41,761 nucleotides of DNA from Chrysochromulina tobinii (Eukaryota), in contig JWZX01002622.1 of NCBI GenBank assembly GCA_001275005.1, positions 1 through 41,761 on the forward strand, read 5' to 3'. Positions within the stretch are counted from its first letter, which is position 1, and each line of letters starts with the position of its first letter. A program made the translations under genes and the position numbers. Shown here piece after piece: positions 37,930 to 41,761 of this stretch. The notes below the pieces were generated by a model that had not been told where the DNA came from, did not search any database, and worked only from the letters and a program-made list of their open reading frames with translations.

Positions 37930-38754
37930 CTAATGGTGCGTCCCTCCGACGGTGACGAGCAGCGGGTCAGACGCGCCGACCGTCTGTGCGTTACCCGAGA
38001 GGTGCTCCGACTTGGCCTCGAAGAGGCTCAGAGCAAGGACGAAGATGGTGATGAACGCCGCCATTGCCGCCTTGGCGTAGACGTACCAGTAAGCCGGCGG
38101 CACGGGGTCGTAGGTGGTGCTCTTGCCAGTGAGCACGAGGATGCCCGTGATGAGCGTCGCGAGCCCCGCGAAGACGCCAACGGTGCCGAGGAAGACATGG
38201 CACTTCAGGAAGCACTTGCGCACGAAGCTGCCGGGAGGGAACAGGCTGTTGTTCGAGAAGACGACGAGTGCGGAGGGGAACTGAAACCAGAAGATGACCA
38301 GCACGACAATGCCCACATACGAATGGACGGATTGGAAGTGAACAGTGCACGGCGGCCCGCCACAGCAATTCGCACCGTGCGCGTAGTACATTTGCGTGTA
38401 GCCGAGCACGGAGCAAACGAAGGCGCCCATCTGGCAAATGCCGTGCACGACCTTGGCTGTTATTTGGCTGAGGCCAAAGGTGTCGCGAACGACAACGTAC
38501 GTCACCGCGCCGATGGGTGCGAACACCCCGAAGGCAAGGCTCATGAGAAAGACGTGCATGGCGAACGCTTTGGCTCCTGGCGGCGCCACTGCTTGGGTGT
38601 CGCACGGGGACGGAGCCCAGTCAATTGTCCACGTAGAGAATTGGGTGGTGATGGCGTTGTATTGCAGCGAGAAGAAGGTGATTGCGCCGATGATCACGAG
38701 GACTGCGAAGATCTTGGCCAGCACCGAGATGTCTTTCGATTTGCTGCCAGCCAT
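37930..38754 (-). CDS. Cytochrome b561 family (ascorbate-dependent transmembrane/ferric reductase-like)
   Basis: Six hydrophobic helices and four heme-ligand His in MHVFLM, KVVHGICQ, HFQSVHSYVG and CHVFLG. Confidence 0.9.
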   Translation of the reverse strand: MAGSKSKDISVLAKIFAVLVIIGAITFFSLQYNAITTQFSTWTIDWAPSPCDTQAVAPPGAKAFAMHVFLMSLAFGVFAPIGAVTYVVVRDTFGLSQITAKVVHGICQMGAFVCSVLGYTQMYYAHGANCCGGPPCTVHFQSVHSYVGIVVLVIFWFQFPSALVVFSNNSLFPPGSFVRKCFLKCHVFLGTVGVFAGLATLITGILVLTGKSTTYDPVPPAYWYVYAKAAMAAFITIFVLALSLFEAKSEHLSGNAQTVGASDPLLVTVGGTHH

Positions 38755-39042
38755 CCTCGGCGGGGCTCCGATGTTGATAATTCTTCTGGATGGTTTTACT
38801 CAAGGGGCTGGTTGGATTTACTCCATGATGTGGGTTGCCTCGCTCTTGATTGCGATTGCCACCAGGTGACAGTAAGTCCAGTTTCGTCGCGGAACGCCGC
38901 GCTCACCACGACGCCTTGCTTGCAGATACAATTGTAGCATAGTCATTACATTAAGCAAAGTCATTACATTAACGGACGGGGCTGACCTTCTATGGTTTCA
39001 AGAATCACGAGACACCTGCGACCTGGCCTTCCTAACGAGCCG

Positions 39043-40644
39043 TTACGAGACACAAACGAGCAGTCCCGACTCGATGCACACCTGCGCGAAGCACACCTTG
39101 CCAAACTCGCACAGCAGCTCACTCGACTCAAAGTCGCTCACAGCGATGGGCGTGTCGGCGGTGATCTTACCGAGGCTCGCCGCCAGCGCGTTCGCAATCT
39201 CAGCACGCACGCGCAGCCCGCCCTCGTCCGCGTCCTCCACGCCGCCCTCCACGCCGCCCTCCGGCGCCGCCGGGTTTCGTCCAGGGTTTCGTTCACGAGG
39301 CGGCAGGGGGGGGTCGTCAGGACGGCGCCGGCGCACGAGCGAGCTCGGTTTGAGATGCAGCTTGGGACTCGTCAATGGATTCGTCCACGGCCGCGCGGCC
39401 ATGCCTAAGGCCAAGCCCGCACCGGCCGCCACCGCCGGCACACTCGCTCCTCTCGCTGCGGCTTCCCCAGCGGCGCGCGCTGCCTCATCCTCATCTTGTC
39501 GCCGGTTGTGTGGGGAAACACGCTCCTCGTACAGCCGCGCCAGCAGGTCGCCTCCACCACAGTCGCCGAAGTCGCCGAAGCCGTCGGCGCGCAGCTGCAG
39601 CTCCTCTTCGACAGCCGCCGCCAGCTCCCGTGCCGCCGCCGCGTCCGCCACCGTGGCGCCTGGGCAGATGAGCGCGGGCGGCACTGCACGCCGCCAGAAC
39701 CACGACGGACGAGCGAGCGCCGTACCGAGCGCAGCCTGCCTTTGGGGGAGCGCCGTACCGAGCGCCGTGCCGAGCACCGTACCGAGCGCCGCACCTCCGC
39801 CTCCCATCTCCGCTCTCTCAAGAGCTGCCTGCACAAAAGGGCGCGCCGCCTCTGGGCGCATCGCGGACGCGGCCACCTTGGCCCAGCACCAGTCGTGCGT
39901 CGGGAGTGCCAAGGTGACGTGGAGCGAAGGGGCGTCCGTTCCGGTCATCGCCTCATGGACCCAGCCCCTCGGGATGTAGAGTACGTCGCCGACGCAGAGC
40001 TCGAGCTCGTGCGCGTGCGCGCGGTCGCGCGTACTCTCGGGGACGGGCCGGCCGGCCTTGCCCACCTGCTCGTGGCTCATCGGGAAGGGAATCGGCGGCG
40101 CGGGGGGCACGGCACCGAGCAGCCGCCACTGCTTGCTGCCAGCGAGCTGAACGACGAGCACGTCGCGATCGTCGGCGTGTGCGTCGACGGCCTGGCCGAG
40201 GGGCGGCGTCAAGTACAGATTGGCAAAGGCGTGCGGAACGTCGTCGCGAAGGCTCGCGCACATCTCCGCGATCGGCCCACAGACCTTCTCGACATGGTTG
40301 ACGATGACTGAGCACCCGTCGAGGTAGGCTGACGCGGCAGACGGGTACTCGCTGGTTGGCAGCTGATCCTTGAGGATGATCACGCTGTCGGCGTCGGCGG
40401 CTTCCGCGTCGCGCAGAAGCTGTTGCAGCGAGTCGAATGTCGGGAGCGAGCTCCAGCAAGGCAGACGGCCGTTGGCGAGCGTCGCGCGTAGCAATGCTTT
40501 CTCCCAAAAGTCTGCGTAAAAGGTACTGGAAGGTACTCCAACCAACGCAGAGAGGGTGCCGCGTGGCTTTCCTGGTGGTGCCGTCGAACTGCTGCTGCGT
40601 GGCGGCTCGCTTTCGTCGCGTTGGCGCTTGGCGGCTGCTCGCAT
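39043..40644 (-). CDS. JmjC/cupin-4 2OG-Fe(II) oxygenase (NO66/MINA53/RoxA-like)
   Basis: FYADFWEK, ANLYLTPP, AHADDRDVLVVQLAGSKQWRL (HxD), GDVLYIPRGWVHEA and SLHVTL. First ATG is at 40644. Confidence 0.9.
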   Translation of the reverse strand: MRAAAKRQRDESEPPRSSSSTAPPGKPRGTLSALVGVPSSTFYADFWEKALLRATLANGRLPCWSSLPTFDSLQQLLRDAEAADADSVIILKDQLPTSEYPSAASAYLDGCSVIVNHVEKVCGPIAEMCASLRDDVPHAFANLYLTPPLGQAVDAHADDRDVLVVQLAGSKQWRLLGAVPPAPPIPFPMSHEQVGKAGRPVPESTRDRAHAHELELCVGDVLYIPRGWVHEAMTGTDAPSLHVTLALPTHDWCWAKVAASAMRPEAARPFVQAALERAEMGGGGAALGTVLGTALGTALPQRQAALGTALARPSWFWRRAVPPALICPGATVADAAAARELAAAVEEELQLRADGFGDFGDCGGGDLLARLYEERVSPHNRRQDEDEAARAAGEAAARGASVPAVAAGAGLALGMAARPWTNPLTSPKLHLKPSSLVRRRRPDDPPLPPRERNPGRNPAAPEGGVEGGVEDADEGGLRVRAEIANALAASLGKITADTPIAVSDFESSELLCEFGKVCFAQVCIESGLLVCVS

Positions 40645-41158
40645 TGGAACACGAGACACATTCACAAGTCTGGTATTCACAGTTATTCACAGTCATTCAG
40701 TCAGTCCCCCCGCGCTCAAAAGGATGGCTCCGCAGCCCTCGGTCCACACAAGGAGTACTCACTCGACGCTCATATATTCACACATTATCTTGAGGTAAGG
40801 CCGATGTAACGCCATACGCAACGTGTTGTCTATTGACGAGCGACAGTATACACAGAATGAAGGACTTATGTGTAACCGGGGGGCTCTCGCGCGCTCAAGT
40901 CAATTATAGTTACTCGTTGCGTTTGTTCGGCGACTTACACCACGCCCGACCCATTCTTCGCTTAGCCCGAGGAGACCTAACACCTAAGGCGTTTGGGACC
41001 TACGTGTCGTACCGGACCGTCTCGGAGTCCTAAGTCCGGTGTACAGGCGCTACAGCCACGCCCTGTATTGTCTTAAACTTGATGTCTATACGCGTACAAG
41101 TTCAAGTACGACCACCAGGGGATCGATTCGACTCTACTGTGTAAAGCTGCCCCGAGGG

Positions 41159-41761
41159 TCAGAGTTCGTTTTTCGGACCTCGGCGCTCGGCGAGGTCCGA
41201 AAACGGTGGGGGCGCAGAGACCATAGCACAAATAGTAAAGCCCGCCCGATTGGTGTCGTTGTCGCTCGCCCAGGTCACAAGTGTTCCGGCGGCCACTTGC
41301 ACATTCATCGGCCCAGAGGAGCCGGAGTATGCGGTGTCTCCAACCGTGATGAGATCGACGCCGCCCTCGGTCTCAAACTCGGTGGTGGTGATCGTCATCG
41401 ACATTTCCGCTCGCACCGTGCACGCCTCGTTCACGCCATAGCTCCCAATGCCATCGGTGATGCACATGCCATCGGATGAGACGGAGCAATATGATTGACC
41501 CGAAACAATCGTCCATCGCGGTGGCGCCCGTAGGACCGCCCAGGCCGCGGCAGCAAGCAGTACCACCATCATTTCAGCAAGCACCACCTTGCGATAGAGC
41601 GGTACAGCTCGGTCCGTGAACAAGGTCCACGGGGAGAGCTTTGTCGCAGGAGATGCACGTCGAACGCCAGCCTCGGGCTCCACCACCGCTCTAGCCGGCG
41701 CGGGCTCCACCACCGCTCTAGCCGGCGCGGGCTCCACCACCGCTCTAGCCGGCGCGGGCTC
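41159..41761 (-). CDS. 3' part of a membrane-anchored CUB-like domain protein (runs off the window)
   Basis: A TM segment followed by C...CITDG..SYGVNEACT...FETE..D.ITV....YSG..GP...W.SD......GFTIC. Upstream 27-nt repeats encode VEPAPARAV. Confidence 0.65.
   Translation of the reverse strand, partial: EPAPARAVVEPAPARAVVEPAPARAVVEPEAGVRRASPATKLSPWTLFTDRAVPLYRKVVLAEMMVVLLAAAAWAVLRAPPRWTIVSGQSYCSVSSDGMCITDGIGSYGVNEACTVRAEMSMTITTTEFETEGGVDLITVGDTAYSGSSGPMNVQVAAGTLVTWASDNDTNRAGFTICAMVSAPPPFSDLAERRGPKNEL

Noticed and set aside
1..41761. tRNA, rRNA, transposase or reverse transcriptase genes
   Set aside because: None recognised by eye. Any enzyme behind the intron pattern is not visibly encoded in this window.

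Overview
GC-rich, gene-dense eukaryotic nuclear DNA with spliceosomal GT-AG introns. It is most likely a haptophyte alga (Chrysochromulina-like), which is an inference from intron repeat style and gene content. About 14 genes can be supported: an alpha-kinase, a hypothetical protein, a VwkA-type VWA protein, a MenH-MenC fusion, a kexin/furin-like protease with ShKT domains and an ARM+PDZ tail, a small SAM-like protein, phospholipase B-like, a saposin-like protein, a 3-RRM GBP2-like protein, a multi-TM FYVE protein, a double glycosyltransferase-like protein, an ankyrin protein, cytochrome b561, a JmjC oxygenase and a partial CUB-like gene. The most striking signal is intron architecture. Several introns begin with a near-copy of the downstream exon, and several end with a shared ~40-nt acceptor cassette (GCATGCAAGTGCTCACCACGGCGCCTC..CCCCACAG) or carry sense-oriented 10-nt repeats. 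Two sites have back-to-back GT-AG/GT-AG introns, and one intron holds a copy of its own spliced junction. Together this suggests an active duplication-plus-cassette route to intron gain. All splice models were derived by hand and checked for reading-frame consistency only; there is no transcript evidence.
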